This document shows positions 18,313 to 28,579 of a stretch of DNA of 64,000 nt, one piece after another (position 1 is the first letter of the stretch; each line of letters begins with the position of its first letter). Origin of the DNA: an uncultured Clostridia bacterium (GTDB lineage Bacteria; Bacillota; Clostridia; TANB77; CAG-508); contig CAKPSF010000004.1 in the NCBI GenBank assembly GCA_934183305.1, positions 2,002-66,001 on the forward strand, written 5' to 3'. The notes under the pieces were generated by a model. That model was not told where the DNA came from. It worked only from the letters and a program-made list of their open reading frames with translations, and did no database searches. A program made the position numbers and the translations under genes.

Positions 18313-18903
18313 TTATCTTCTCCTTCTAGTAACAGCCAGTCCGTCTCCAATTTCCAAAATTTCAGTATTAAGTTCCGGATTTTCAGTTGTTTCTTTTATG
18401 TATTCTCTTAAATGCCTTACAGCAGTTCTTTGCTTATGTTTATTATAATCACTCATAACATATCCTTTATAAAGAATATTGTCAGCCAAAATGATTCCAT
18501 TAGTATTTAATAGTCTAAGTGCTTCATTTAAAAAGAACGGATATTTCCCTTTAGCAGCGTCAATAAATACCATATCATATTTTTTATTAATATTAGGTAA
18601 AATATCCACAGCATCCCCGGATATAATATTTATTTTATCTTGAACCTCTGCTTTAACTATATTTTTTTGGGCCTCTTCTATTCTTTCTTCATCTCTTTCA
18701 ATTGTATCTATAAAACCATCTTTATTTAAAAGTTCAGTAAAGCAAATTGCAGAATAACCAACAGCAGTACCTATTTCTAGTATACTGCTTATTTTTTGGT
18801 TATTATATAATTTATAAATATATTCTAAAGTGTCATCCATTATTATAGGAATATGATTTTCTAATGCTTTATTTTTTATTAGTTTTAATTCAAGATTATT
18901 CAT
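18313..18903 (-). CDS. Class I SAM-dependent O-methyltransferase (YrrM/TrmR-like).
   Basis: 196 aa. EIGTAVGYS SAM motif. Caffeoyl-CoA O-methyltransferase-like fold. Confidence 0.7.
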   Translation of the reverse strand: MNNLELKLIKNKALENHIPIIMDDTLEYIYKLYNNQKISSILEIGTAVGYSAICFTELLNKDGFIDTIERDEERIEEAQKNIVKAEVQDKINIISGDAVDILPNINKKYDMVFIDAAKGKYPFFLNEALRLLNTNGIILADNILYKGYVMSDYNKHKQRTAVRHLREYIKETTENPELNTEILEIGDGLAVTRRRR

Positions 18904-18905
18904 AA

Positions 18906-19217
18906 CTATCTTCCTTCATCAATGCTTTTAACATTTGAATTTTTCTCTTGGTGTTTTTCTATTTGATCGTCAACCCAAGTACCAAAATATTTAGAATATT
19001 TACTATCTGGAAATTCATTTTGTAATCTATTTAATATTGAAATTCTACCATTTCCTTGATTAACTAAGTTTGATATTAAAGTATGAATAGCCATTCTATC
19101 TGTTGTATCCCTATTTATTTTTGCATTTGACTTATTGTAATTTGAAACAATTGTGTCAGCATTCTTATGTGATATTTCTCTTCTATTAGGTAATTCTTTT
19201 CTTATTCCTCTTCTCAA
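18906..19217 (-). CDS. Hypothetical basic protein.
   Basis: 103 aa ORF with no recognisable motif. Confidence 0.3.
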   Translation of the reverse strand: MRRGIRKELPNRREISHKNADTIVSNYNKSNAKINRDTTDRMAIHTLISNLVNQGNGRISILNRLQNEFPDSKYSKYFGTWVDDQIEKHQEKNSNVKSIDEGR

Positions 19218-19232
19218 TTTTATTCTCCCTTT

Positions 19233-21074
19233 TTATTTATTTTTTCTAGCTTCTCTTTCACGAGTTTTGGTATCTAATATTTTCTTTCTTAATCTAATGT
19301 TTTTAGGTGTTACTTCAACTAATTCATCATCTTGTATAAATTCAATAGCTTTTTCAAGTGACATTTGAATTGGTGGAACTAATCTTAATGCATCATCTGA
19401 GCCAGATGCTCTTGTATTAGTTAAATGTTTTTCTTTACATACATTTATAGATAAGTCTTCTCCTCTTGAATTTAGCCCAACTATCATACCTTCATAAACT
19501 TCAACACCAGGTCCTATAAACAGTTCACCTTTATCTTGTGCATTATATAATCCATAAGTTATTGATGTTCCTGCTTCCCAAGCAACTATTGTTCCTCTTG
19601 TTCTTGATTGAATATCGCCTTTATATTCTTCATATGAATCAAATATATGGTTCATTGTACCTTCGCCTTTAGTATCAGTTAAGAATTCTGTTCTATATCC
19701 AATTAAACCTCTAGCAGGTATTTTAAATTCAACTTTTGTATGTCCATCTTCTGCTGGTTCCATATTTAGCATTTCAGCTTTTCTTCTACCAAGCTTTTCA
19801 ATTACATTACCTATGCAATCATCTGGTACATTTACAACCAATCTTTCAATTGGTTCACATTTTTTGCCATCTATTTCTTTAAATATAACTTTGGGTCTAG
19901 ATACTAAAAGTTCAAATCCTTCTCTTCTCATTGTTTCTATTAATATGGATAAATGTAATTCTCCACGTCCAGAAACTTCAAATGCTTCTGCTCTATCTGT
20001 TTCTTTTACTCTTAAACTTACGTTTTTCTCTAACTCTTTAAATAATCTATCTCTTAAATGTCTTGACGTAACAAATTCTCCTTCACGTCCTGCAAATGGT
20101 CCATCGTTTACACTAAATGTCATAGAAACTGTTGGTTCATCTATATCAACAAATGGTATTTTTTCTGGATTAGCTGGATCACAAATTGTATCACCAATAT
20201 TTATATCTGCTATTCCTGAAATTTCTATAATATCACCTGCTTTAGCTTCTGAAACTTCTACTTTTTTAAGTCCTTGATGAGTATAAACTTTTGCAACTTT
20301 CCCATTTATAGTTTTATCATCTTTTTTACATACAACAACATTCATGCCAGTTTTAACTGTACCACGTTCTAGTCTTCCAACTGCAATTCTTCCAACATAA
20401 TCATCATAGTCAATGTTAGATACAAGCATTTGCATTGTTCCGTCTTCATCACATGCTGGCGGATTAATTGTGTTTACAATTGTTTCAAATAAACAATTTA
20501 AATCTTGAGTATCATCTGCTAAATTCATTTTAGCTATACCATTTTTAGCTGAAGCATAAACAACTGGAAAATCTAACTGTTCATCTGTTGCATTTAATTC
20601 TATAAATAACTCTAATACTTCATCAACAACTTTTTCTGGATTTGCACCTGGTCTATCTATTTTATTTATTACTACTATTGGTTTTAAATCTAATGCTAAA
20701 GATTTTTTCAAAACTTCTCTTGTTTGAGGCATTGCACCCTCAAAAGCATCTACTAATAATAAAACACCATCAACTGTTTTTAAAACTCTTTCAACTTCTC
20801 CACCGAAGTCAGCATGTCCTGGGGTATCAACTATATTTATTTTTACATCTCCATATTGAACAGAAGTATTTTTAGAAAGTATTGTTATTCCTCTTTCTTT
20901 TTCCAAATCATTTGAGTCCATAACCCTGTCTTGTACAACTTCATTATCTCTAAATACATGGCTTTGTTTTAGTAATGCATCTACCAATGTTGTTTTACCA
21001 TGATCAACGTGTGCTATTATTGCTATATTTCTAATATTTTTATTATTCATTTTTATTTTCTCCTTTTTTACCAT
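19233..21074 (-). CDS. typA: Translational GTPase TypA/BipA.
   Basis: 613 aa. [13 protein letters not shown] and DTPGHADF G-motifs. EF-G-like domains. Confidence 0.9.
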   Translation of the reverse strand: MVKKEKIKMNNKNIRNIAIIAHVDHGKTTLVDALLKQSHVFRDNEVVQDRVMDSNDLEKERGITILSKNTSVQYGDVKINIVDTPGHADFGGEVERVLKTVDGVLLLVDAFEGAMPQTREVLKKSLALDLKPIVVINKIDRPGANPEKVVDEVLELFIELNATDEQLDFPVVYASAKNGIAKMNLADDTQDLNCLFETIVNTINPPACDEDGTMQMLVSNIDYDDYVGRIAVGRLERGTVKTGMNVVVCKKDDKTINGKVAKVYTHQGLKKVEVSEAKAGDIIEISGIADINIGDTICDPANPEKIPFVDIDEPTVSMTFSVNDGPFAGREGEFVTSRHLRDRLFKELEKNVSLRVKETDRAEAFEVSGRGELHLSILIETMRREGFELLVSRPKVIFKEIDGKKCEPIERLVVNVPDDCIGNVIEKLGRRKAEMLNMEPAEDGHTKVEFKIPARGLIGYRTEFLTDTKGEGTMNHIFDSYEEYKGDIQSRTRGTIVAWEAGTSITYGLYNAQDKGELFIGPGVEVYEGMIVGLNSRGEDLSINVCKEKHLTNTRASGSDDALRLVPPIQMSLEKAIEFIQDDELVEVTPKNIRLRKKILDTKTREREARKNK

Positions 21075-21126
21075 AAATAGTTTATACTATTCGCTTTTCA
21101 TTATTCACCATTAATTTTGTATTGTA

Positions 21127-22062
21127 TTATCCATTAACATATTCTTCATATCCATATTCTTTTGATGTACCTTCTAGTTCTTTAATTGATAATCCAATTT
21201 TTCTATTTTCTTTATCTATATTAATAATTTTAGCATTAACCTTTTGTCCTAAACTTAATACTTCTTCTGGCTTAGTAACTCTTTTGGTTGTTGAAATTTC
21301 TGAATTATGTACTAATCCTTCTAGTCCTGCTTCTATTTGTACAAATGCTCCAAAAGGTGCAAATTTTACTACCTCACAAGTAACTATGTCATTTAGATTG
21401 TACTTGCTTGCTAACTCATACCATGGATTTTCTCCTTTTAAAGGATAAGCTAAACTAATTTTATTTTCTTCTTTATTAAAAGATTTTATAGTTACATCAA
21501 TTTGTTCACCAAGTTCAAATTTATCTTCAAGCTTTTCATCTTTATTCCAAAAAATCTCTGATTTATGTAATAAACCTTGTCTAACACCTAAATCTACAAA
21601 CAGTCCAAAATCAGTAATCTTTGTAATTGTTCCAGTATAATCTTGTCCTACTTGTATATTATTCCAAAATTCCTCAATATTTTTAGCTTTTAATTCTCTT
21701 TGCTCTTGTCTTTTTTTATATTCTTCTTCTCTTTTTATTTTTTCTTGTCTTGCTTTTTCTCTTTTTTGTAATCTTTTATATGATAAAAGCACATTGCCTA
21801 AACCATCATTCCATTTTAGAACATCAGCTGTAATTGTATCTCCAGCTTTAAATTCATCTTTTGGATTTTTGTTTTCATCCTCCGAATATTCCGCCTTTGG
21901 TATTATTCCATCAGCCTTATATCCAAAGTCAACAAAAATTTCTCCCTTAGATGACACATCAATAACTTTGCCAGTTACAGTTTTATCAAATCTTTTATCA
22001 TTTAAAGATTCATTATATAGTTCTTCAAAACTTTTTTCTTCCATAGTTTTCTCCTTACTCAT
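21127..22062 (-). CDS. S1 RNA-binding domain protein (ribosomal protein S1 homolog, YpfD-like).
   Basis: 311 aa with repeated S1 domains. Conserved cmk-plsC-S1 neighbourhood. Confidence 0.7.
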   Translation of the reverse strand: MSKEKTMEEKSFEELYNESLNDKRFDKTVTGKVIDVSSKGEIFVDFGYKADGIIPKAEYSEDENKNPKDEFKAGDTITADVLKWNDGLGNVLLSYKRLQKREKARQEKIKREEEYKKRQEQRELKAKNIEEFWNNIQVGQDYTGTITKITDFGLFVDLGVRQGLLHKSEIFWNKDEKLEDKFELGEQIDVTIKSFNKEENKISLAYPLKGENPWYELASKYNLNDIVTCEVVKFAPFGAFVQIEAGLEGLVHNSEISTTKRVTKPEEVLSLGQKVNAKIINIDKENRKIGLSIKELEGTSKEYGYEEYVNG

Positions 22063-22066
22063 AAAT

Positions 22067-22093
22067 TAAGATACGACCTTAAGTCGTATCTTA
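22067..22093 (-). ncRNA. 5' UTR stem-loop immediately upstream of the S1-protein ribosome binding site.
   Basis: TAAGATACGAC, CTTAA, GTCGTATCTTA: 11-bp perfect stem with a 5-nt loop. It lies between the predicted transcription start and AAGGAG. Confidence 0.4.
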
Positions 22094-22104
22094 AAACGCT
22101 ACAT

Positions 22105-22140
22105 ATAATTATACTCTAAAAGCATCTATTTGTCAATATT
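22105..22140 (-). promoter_or_regulatory. Consensus sigma-A promoter for the S1-protein gene.
   Basis: Minus strand TTGACA (plus 22131-22136), 17-nt spacer, TATAAT (plus 22108-22113). Confidence 0.55.
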
Positions 22141-22182
22141 TTTCGTCATTTCTATAAGCTTTAAGTTGATTTTTTACCACTA

Positions 22183-22773
22183 TTATTGTGCTAGACTTTT
22201 CATGTCTCCAAATATTGCTTTTGTAATTTCACTACTTATTAAGTCTAATGTTTCTTTTTCTGGTTTTTTTGTTTGATATTTTGAAAAATCTAATGGTTTT
22301 CCGTAATATAATTTAACTTTTGTAAATGGTTTAAAATTTCCTTCTATCCAAACTGGTATAACTTGAACGCCAGTTCTTGCTGCTAAATATGCTGGTCCGT
22401 TTTGTATTTTTCCGTTTTTTGCCATACCATTTCGTGTTCCTTCTGGGAAAATAGCTAATATTTTATTATCTTTTAAAACTTTCAATGATTTTTTCATAGA
22501 CTCAATATCTTGTTTTCCTCTTTTAACAGGAAATATATTAGTTTTACCTGCAAACCAATATATAAATTTATTTTTAAATAATTCCTCTTTAGCCATCATA
22601 TACATTTCTCTTCTAGTTGCTGTATATAAAATTGGAGGGTCCCAATTACTCGTATGGTTTGCACACATTATATATGCTTTATTTTTCTCAATATTTTCTT
22701 GTCCGTATGTCTGCACTCTAAACAATATTAGAGTAAAAATTTTAACACAAAATTTAACTATTACTCTTATCAT
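22183..22773 (-). CDS. plsC: 1-acyl-sn-glycerol-3-phosphate acyltransferase.
   Basis: 196 aa. HxxxxD-type motif NHTSNWD and FPEGTR motif. Confidence 0.8.
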   Translation of the reverse strand: MIRVIVKFCVKIFTLILFRVQTYGQENIEKNKAYIMCANHTSNWDPPILYTATRREMYMMAKEELFKNKFIYWFAGKTNIFPVKRGKQDIESMKKSLKVLKDNKILAIFPEGTRNGMAKNGKIQNGPAYLAARTGVQVIPVWIEGNFKPFTKVKLYYGKPLDFSKYQTKKPEKETLDLISSEITKAIFGDMKSLAQ

Positions 22774-23437
22774 ATTGTTTCTCCTTAATAATCTCTAAAA
22801 TTTTTTGTTTTACTTCTTCTATTGTTAAATGTGTTGTATCTACTAATATTGCATCATCTGCTTTTCTTAATGGATTTAATTCTCGTGTGGTTTCTAAAAA
22901 ATCTCTTTTTTTAATGTTTTCCAATACTTCCTCATAAGACTGCTTTATACCATTTTCTATATTTTGTTTATATCTTCTATTTGCTCTTTCTTCTGCAGAA
23001 GCATCTAGATATATTTTAACATCGGCTTTAGGAAATATAACTGTTCCTATGTCTCTTCCTTCCATTATAATATTACTATTCTTGCCCATTTCTTGTTGAA
23101 GTGGAGTCATTTTATCTCTAACACATTTTAATGCTGCAAAGTTAGCAACGCAAGCATTTATTTTAGGAGTTCTTATTTCTTTTGTTACATCTTCTCCATT
23201 TAAAAATACAATAATATTTTCATTTTCTCTTTTAAATTCAATTTTGATATCTTTTAAGATTTCCTCAAGTTTTTCAATTTCTGTATCACTTACATTTTTT
23301 CTCAATGCTTCCAATGCCACACATCTATACATTGCTCCTGTATCCACATTAATTAATCCTAATTCTTCGCCTACCAATTTAGTTATAGTTCCTTTTCCAG
23401 TTCCTGCTGGGCCATCTATTGCAACTATAAAGCTCAT
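22754..23437 (-). CDS. cmk: Cytidylate kinase.
   Basis: 227 aa. IAIDGPAGTGKGT P-loop and a Cmk-like sequence. Confidence 0.9.
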   Translation of the reverse strand: MSFIVAIDGPAGTGKGTITKLVGEELGLINVDTGAMYRCVALEALRKNVSDTEIEKLEEILKDIKIEFKRENENIIVFLNGEDVTKEIRTPKINACVANFAALKCVRDKMTPLQQEMGKNSNIIMEGRDIGTVIFPKADVKIYLDASAEERANRRYKQNIENGIKQSYEEVLENIKKRDFLETTRELNPLRKADDAILVDTTHLTIEEVKQKILEIIKEKQYDKSNS

Positions 23438-23452
23438 ATCTATTCCTCCTCA

Positions 23453-24325
23453 TTATTTTTCTTTTACATTTATTCCTTTTGCAACTATATCAATTTTTTG
23501 AACATTCATTGTTGTTAATTTTTCAATTTCTTTTTTAGTTTTTTCTTTAAAATCTTTTAGTCCATCAACAAGATTATAGCCATAATTAACAATAACTTCC
23601 ATATATATGTATGGACCTTCTGGAAGCTTATCAACTCTAGTTTTTATAATTCTATCAATAAAATCTGTTTTATCAGCCAAATGTTCTGCAATTTGTCTAA
23701 ACACTGTATCTGATATAGTAAAGTTTCCTAAATAACTAAACGTTGGTCTAATAATAGATTTTTCTGATATATATGGGTCTTTTCCTCTACCTTTTGTTTT
23801 AAAAATTTGAAGTGGATCTAATATATAGCCAGAAAAATCTTTTTTTATTTCAAAAGTTGGAACAGGAATTACGTGTTTTCCTTCTGTTGTTCTAATTCTC
23901 TTAGCAGTATCCATCTCTTCTTTGGTTGCTATATCGCTTATATATATCGTTTTTTCTACTTCTGGAAGTCCTAAATTTTCAGCAATCTTTTTTACCATAT
24001 CATCTGAAGTTCCAAGTATTAATATGCTATTTGGTTTGAATTTTTTTATTGCTTTTTTTATTTCTTTTTGTTCTTCTTCAGTTAAGAAAAGTGCATGCTT
24101 AACTGTTTCTATTTTAGTTGGAGCTTTTTTTGCTGAATTTCCTGCAATAACTTCATTATCTTTAATAAAAAGTCCATCATCAATAATATAATGTATATCA
24201 TATTCTCCTGCAACCATTTGTGCCCTATAACTTTTTCCTGTGCCAGATGGTCCAACAAAAGCATAAACTTTTATTTTATTATTCAAACTTAAGTTTATAT
24301 TTATATTTTTATTAAGTATCATCAT
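23453..24325 (-). CDS. P-loop NTPase domain fused to a C-terminal Asp23/alkaline-shock-like domain. Hypothetical.
   Basis: 290 aa. Walker A GPSGTGKS. The C-terminal ~100 aa resemble the Asp23/DUF322 pattern (ISDTVFRQIAEHLA...EVIVNYGYNLVD...IDIVAKGI). Confidence 0.35.
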   Translation of the reverse strand: MMILNKNININLSLNNKIKVYAFVGPSGTGKSYRAQMVAGEYDIHYIIDDGLFIKDNEVIAGNSAKKAPTKIETVKHALFLTEEEQKEIKKAIKKFKPNSILILGTSDDMVKKIAENLGLPEVEKTIYISDIATKEEMDTAKRIRTTEGKHVIPVPTFEIKKDFSGYILDPLQIFKTKGRGKDPYISEKSIIRPTFSYLGNFTISDTVFRQIAEHLADKTDFIDRIIKTRVDKLPEGPYIYMEVIVNYGYNLVDGLKDFKEKTKKEIEKLTTMNVQKIDIVAKGINVKEK

Positions 24326-24440
24326 TATATCTCCTATATAAAATATATGTTTATATTATATAATTAAAATAAAAAAAAGGAAATACCTTTTTGCTTTTTA
24401 TTTTTCAAAATCAATCGCATTTTGTTAAAAATTAGCATCA

Positions 24441-24478
24441 AAAAAGGAAGTAATTATGTGTTTTGTTTACTTCCTTTT
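24441..24478 (-). terminator. Rho-independent terminator of the GT2 gene.
   Basis: AAAAGGAAGTAA and TTACTTCCTTTT form a 12-bp stem. On the minus strand it is followed by UUUUUUGAUG. Confidence 0.55.
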
Positions 24479-24484
24479 CTATAT

Positions 24485-25732
24485 TTAAATATGTTCTTCT
24501 ATTTTCGCCATTTCTTTTATATTTATACTTCTAACATGGTCAATTTTTTCCCATGATGTTTCTCTTTTAAATAAACATTTAAAGTTTATTAAAAGCCATG
24601 AGCCTAAGAATAATGGATAAAATAATAGTCCTTTTAACATAGGTTTTATTGGTTTATGTTCCATCTTCATTATAAGCATTGCTGTTAATATTGGTAAGAA
24701 GAATGTTGGCACAACATATCTAACATAACTGTCTATTAATTGTGCTGTTGTTATTCCACTTCCTAAATACATTAAGAAATTTATTAACAATAGCCCTAAA
24801 GTAACAATAAACATTGGTATACTACCTACTATATATAGTAAACCATCGAAATTCATTACAGTTTTATGTTCTTTTACTGCTAAAGCCAATTTCTTAGTAT
24901 ATTCTCCCATACATTGAATATGTCCAACAGTCCATCTTGAACGTTGAGACCAAGATTGTTTAAATCCTACTGGTTGTTCGTCATATACTATTGCATCTCT
25001 AGCCCAACCTAATTTTTTTCCTTTAATTATTTGTTTTAATGAAAATTCTATATCCTCTGTTAAAGTTTTAGTATTCCATCCTTCTGGTTTTATTTGGTCA
25101 AATCTTACCATAAATCCAGTACCATTAATTAATGGTGAAAGCCCAATATTGTATCTTGCTAAATGATAAAATCTATTCATTGTCCAATAGAACATTGCAT
25201 ATCCTGCTGTAACCCAACTATCTGTTGGATTTTTAATATCTCTATAACCTTGAACTACTGTCTCACCTTGGCAAAGTTTTTTATTCATATTTTTTATAAA
25301 ATTAACATCCACAATGTTATCTGCATCAAATATACAGAAAGCATCATATGGAGCATCTTCCTCTATTTTTTGTGCTAAAAACCAATTTAATGCTGCTCCT
25401 TTAGTTTTATGCATTGCATCAAATCTTTCATAAACTATTGCTCCTGCATTTTTTGCGATTGTTGCAGTATTATCTGTACAATTATCTGCTATTACATAAA
25501 TATCATACAAGTCTTTTGGATAATCTTGATTTTTTAAGCTACTAACCAGGTTTTCTATAACAGCTTCTTCGTTATGTGCTGGTATTATAGCCATAAATCT
25601 ATGTTGTTTATTATTTAGTAATGGCTTATCTTTAAAATTAATTAAAGAACATATACTAATTGCAAATTGATATATCCAAAATATTGTTATTAACCATGTT
25701 AATGCTTGTTGCAAAATATATAAAAACCCCAT
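24485..25732 (-). CDS. Glycosyltransferase family 2, membrane-embedded (processive-synthase-like).
   Basis: 415 aa. N-terminal TM, GT-A domain with DxD (YVIADNCTD), Q(R/Q)xRW-like QRSRW, and C-terminal TM helices. Confidence 0.7.
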   Translation of the reverse strand: MGFLYILQQALTWLITIFWIYQFAISICSLINFKDKPLLNNKQHRFMAIIPAHNEEAVIENLVSSLKNQDYPKDLYDIYVIADNCTDNTATIAKNAGAIVYERFDAMHKTKGAALNWFLAQKIEEDAPYDAFCIFDADNIVDVNFIKNMNKKLCQGETVVQGYRDIKNPTDSWVTAGYAMFYWTMNRFYHLARYNIGLSPLINGTGFMVRFDQIKPEGWNTKTLTEDIEFSLKQIIKGKKLGWARDAIVYDEQPVGFKQSWSQRSRWTVGHIQCMGEYTKKLALAVKEHKTVMNFDGLLYIVGSIPMFIVTLGLLLINFLMYLGSGITTAQLIDSYVRYVVPTFFLPILTAMLIMKMEHKPIKPMLKGLLFYPLFLGSWLLINFKCLFKRETSWEKIDHVRSINIKEMAKIEEHI

Positions 25733-25831
25733 TTTTTTACTCCTATTATATATTATATTCTATACAATTATATTATTTGCACCTTTCTATTATAACATAA
25801 TATTTAAGATGTTGCAAATTTTGGTAAAAAT

Positions 25832-27985
25832 TTATTCTTCTTTTGTTCCTGCGTCTTCTTTTAATTGTTTTTCTAATTCTTTAATTTCATCTAATTCTTT
25901 TGTAATTAAGTTTATTCTACCTTGGTCGTCAATTTCGTAAACTTTAACTGTTACTTTGTCTCCAACCTTTAATACATCTTCAACTTTATCAATTCTAGCT
26001 TTAGAAATTCTTGAAATATGAAGTAAACCTTCTTTTCCACATCCAACATCTACAAATGCTCCGAATGACATAATCTTTGTTACAGTTCCTTCATACACTC
26101 CGCCAACTTCAATTTCTCTTACTATATCTTCAATCATTGCTAAAGCTTTTTGTCCTGCTTCACTGTTTGTTGAATATATGAATACTCTACCATCTTCTTC
26201 AATATCAATTTTAACACCTGTTTCAGCGATAATTTTATTTATCATTTTTCCGCCAGGTCCAATTACGTCTCTTATTTTGTCAACTTTAATTGTTGTGTTT
26301 ATTATGCTTGGTGCGTATTTAGAAATTTCTTTTCTTGGCTCAGCAATTTGTTTTAACATTATTTCATCTAATATATAATCTCTTGCTACTTTTGTTCTTT
26401 CGAATGCTTCTTTTATTATATCGTATGTTAAACCATCTATCTTTATATCAACTTGTATTGCAGTTATACCTTTATGAGTTCCACCAACTTTGAAATCCAT
26501 ATCTCCAAAGAAGTCTTCTAGTCCTTGAATATCTGTAAGCATTACATATTTGCTTGGATCTTCAGAATCTGTTATAAGTCCTGTTGAAATACCTGCAACT
26601 GGTGCTTTTATTGGAACACCTGCATCCATTAACGCTAATGTACTACCGCAAATACTTGCTTGTGATGTAGAACCATTTGAACTTAATATTTCAGATACTA
26701 CTCTTATTGCATAAGGAAATTCTTCTTTTGAAGGTATTACTGGAACTAATGCTTTTTCTGCTAAAGCTCCATGTCCTATTTCTCTTCTTCCAGGTCCTCT
26801 TGATGGTCTAGCTTCTCCTACACTATATGCAGGGAAATTGTATTGATGCATATATCTTTTTGATTCTTCTTCATCAATTCCATCTAGCATTTGTTCTTCG
26901 CTAACCATACCAAGTGTTACTATTGACATAGTTTGTGTTTGACCTCTTGTAAATATTGCGCTACCATGTACTCTTGGAAGTACACCAACTTCACAAGATA
27001 ATGGTCTTATTTCATCTATTGCTCTTCCGTCTGGTCTTTTATGCTCTTTTAGAATCATCTCTCTAACACATTTTTTCTCTAATTTGTATAAGCTCTCTTT
27101 TATATCTGTAAGTTTTGCTTCTGTTTCTTCTTCCCCATATTTTTCTGTAAAATATGCTACTACATCTTCTTGTAGTTTGTCCATGTTTGCATCTCTTACT
27201 TCTTTATCTGTGGCTTGTACATCTTTGTACATTCTATCTTTATATTCTTTTTCTATTTCTTCATAAACTTCATGGTCAACTTCAAATGATTTATATTCAA
27301 ATTTCGGTTTTCCAATTTCTTCTTTTATTTTTTCTATAAATTCACAAACTTTTATTATTTCTTTATGTCCAGCTTTTATTGCTTCTAACATAATATCGTT
27401 TGGTATTTCGTTTGCTCCAGCCTCTATCATAGCAATTTTTTCTTTAGTTCCTGCAACTGTTAATGTTAGGTCTGATATTTCTCTTTGTGCTTGTGTAGGG
27501 TTTATTATTATTTCTCCATTTACATATCCAACATTCACTGCTGCTGTTGGTCCACCAAATGGTATATCAGATATTGAAAGTGCTGCAGAAGCACCTATCA
27601 TAGCTGCAACTTCTGGCGAATTATCTTGTTCAACTGATAATGCAGTAGCAACAACACATACATCATTTCTAAAATCTTTTGGGAATAATGGTCTTAAAGG
27701 TCTATCTATTGCTCTTGATGTTAAAATAGCCTTATCAGATGGTTTTCCTTCTCTTTTCAAATAACTTCCTGGTATTTTTCCAACTGCATATAATTTTTCT
27801 TCATAATCAACTGAAAGTGGGAAAAAGTCTATTCCATCTCTTGGTTCTTTTGATGCTGTAACATTAACCATTACAACAGTATCTCCATATTTAACTACAA
27901 CACTTCCATTTGTTAAACCTGCAATTTTTCCAGATTCAATTACAAGTTTTCTTCCTGCTAATTCCATTTCATAACTTTTAAACAT
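25832..27985 (-). CDS. pnp: Polyribonucleotide nucleotidyltransferase (PNPase).
   Basis: 717 aa. Two RNase PH domains, KH and S1. Confidence 0.95.
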   Translation of the reverse strand: MFKSYEMELAGRKLVIESGKIAGLTNGSVVVKYGDTVVMVNVTASKEPRDGIDFFPLSVDYEEKLYAVGKIPGSYLKREGKPSDKAILTSRAIDRPLRPLFPKDFRNDVCVVATALSVEQDNSPEVAAMIGASAALSISDIPFGGPTAAVNVGYVNGEIIINPTQAQREISDLTLTVAGTKEKIAMIEAGANEIPNDIMLEAIKAGHKEIIKVCEFIEKIKEEIGKPKFEYKSFEVDHEVYEEIEKEYKDRMYKDVQATDKEVRDANMDKLQEDVVAYFTEKYGEEETEAKLTDIKESLYKLEKKCVREMILKEHKRPDGRAIDEIRPLSCEVGVLPRVHGSAIFTRGQTQTMSIVTLGMVSEEQMLDGIDEEESKRYMHQYNFPAYSVGEARPSRGPGRREIGHGALAEKALVPVIPSKEEFPYAIRVVSEILSSNGSTSQASICGSTLALMDAGVPIKAPVAGISTGLITDSEDPSKYVMLTDIQGLEDFFGDMDFKVGGTHKGITAIQVDIKIDGLTYDIIKEAFERTKVARDYILDEIMLKQIAEPRKEISKYAPSIINTTIKVDKIRDVIGPGGKMINKIIAETGVKIDIEEDGRVFIYSTNSEAGQKALAMIEDIVREIEVGGVYEGTVTKIMSFGAFVDVGCGKEGLLHISRISKARIDKVEDVLKVGDKVTVKVYEIDDQGRINLITKELDEIKELEKQLKEDAGTKEE

Positions 27986-28132
27986 ATTTTTTCTCCTTTT
28001 TAATATATAAATTTCTTGATATATATTATTTAGTTTGTAACCTTTATAATATGCGTTTTCTCAAATGCACATTATATAAGCTACCACTATTATAATATAA
28101 ACCAAGATAAAATTAACACCTTAAAACGCAAC

Positions 28133-28164
28133 TTAGGGCGTTTAACCTTTTTTAAACGCCCTAA
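28133..28164 (-). terminator. rpsO terminator / pnp leader hairpin.
   Basis: TTAGGGCGTTTAA and TTAAACGCCCTAA form a 13-bp stem between rpsO and pnp, as in other bacteria. Confidence 0.5.
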
Positions 28165-28172
28165 TGCATATA

Positions 28173-28445
28173 TTATTTTCTTAAACCTAATTTTTCAACT
28201 ATGTCTCTATATCTTTGAACATCTGTCTTAGCTAAGTAGTTTAATAAATTTCTTCTTTTACCAACCATTTTTAAAAGACCTCTTCTTGAATGATTGTCAT
28301 GAGTATGAATTTTTAGATGTGCTGTTAATTCATTAATTCTTTCTGTTAATAAAGCAATTTGAACCTCTGAAGAACCAGTATCTTTTTCATCTCTTCTGTA
28401 TGTAGAAATTATTTCTTGTTTTCTCTCTTTTGTCATAGTATACAC
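28173..28445 (-). CDS. rpsO: 30S ribosomal protein S15.
   Basis: S15 sequence [22 protein letters not shown]...[23 protein letters not shown]. The true start is probably the ATG at 28436. Confidence 0.9.
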   Translation of the reverse strand: MYTMTKERKQEIISTYRRDEKDTGSSEVQIALLTERINELTAHLKIHTHDNHSRRGLLKMVGKRRNLLNYLAKTDVQRYRDIVEKLGLRK

Positions 28446-28579
28446 CTCCTATAAATTTTATATGCCTTAAACTGAACTAAAGCGGTGTTAACTCTTGTAG
28501 CTAAGTAAAAGGTATTTTTATTAACACAAATATTGTACTATATATTTGTACAAAAAGCAATAGTTTTAACAAAATATTC

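Noticed and set aside
28446-28579. Imperfect TTGTAC-N9-GTACAA dyad upstream of rpsO as an operator.
   Set aside because: The arms are short, the match is imperfect and the context is AT-rich. It is most likely the ordinary promoter region.
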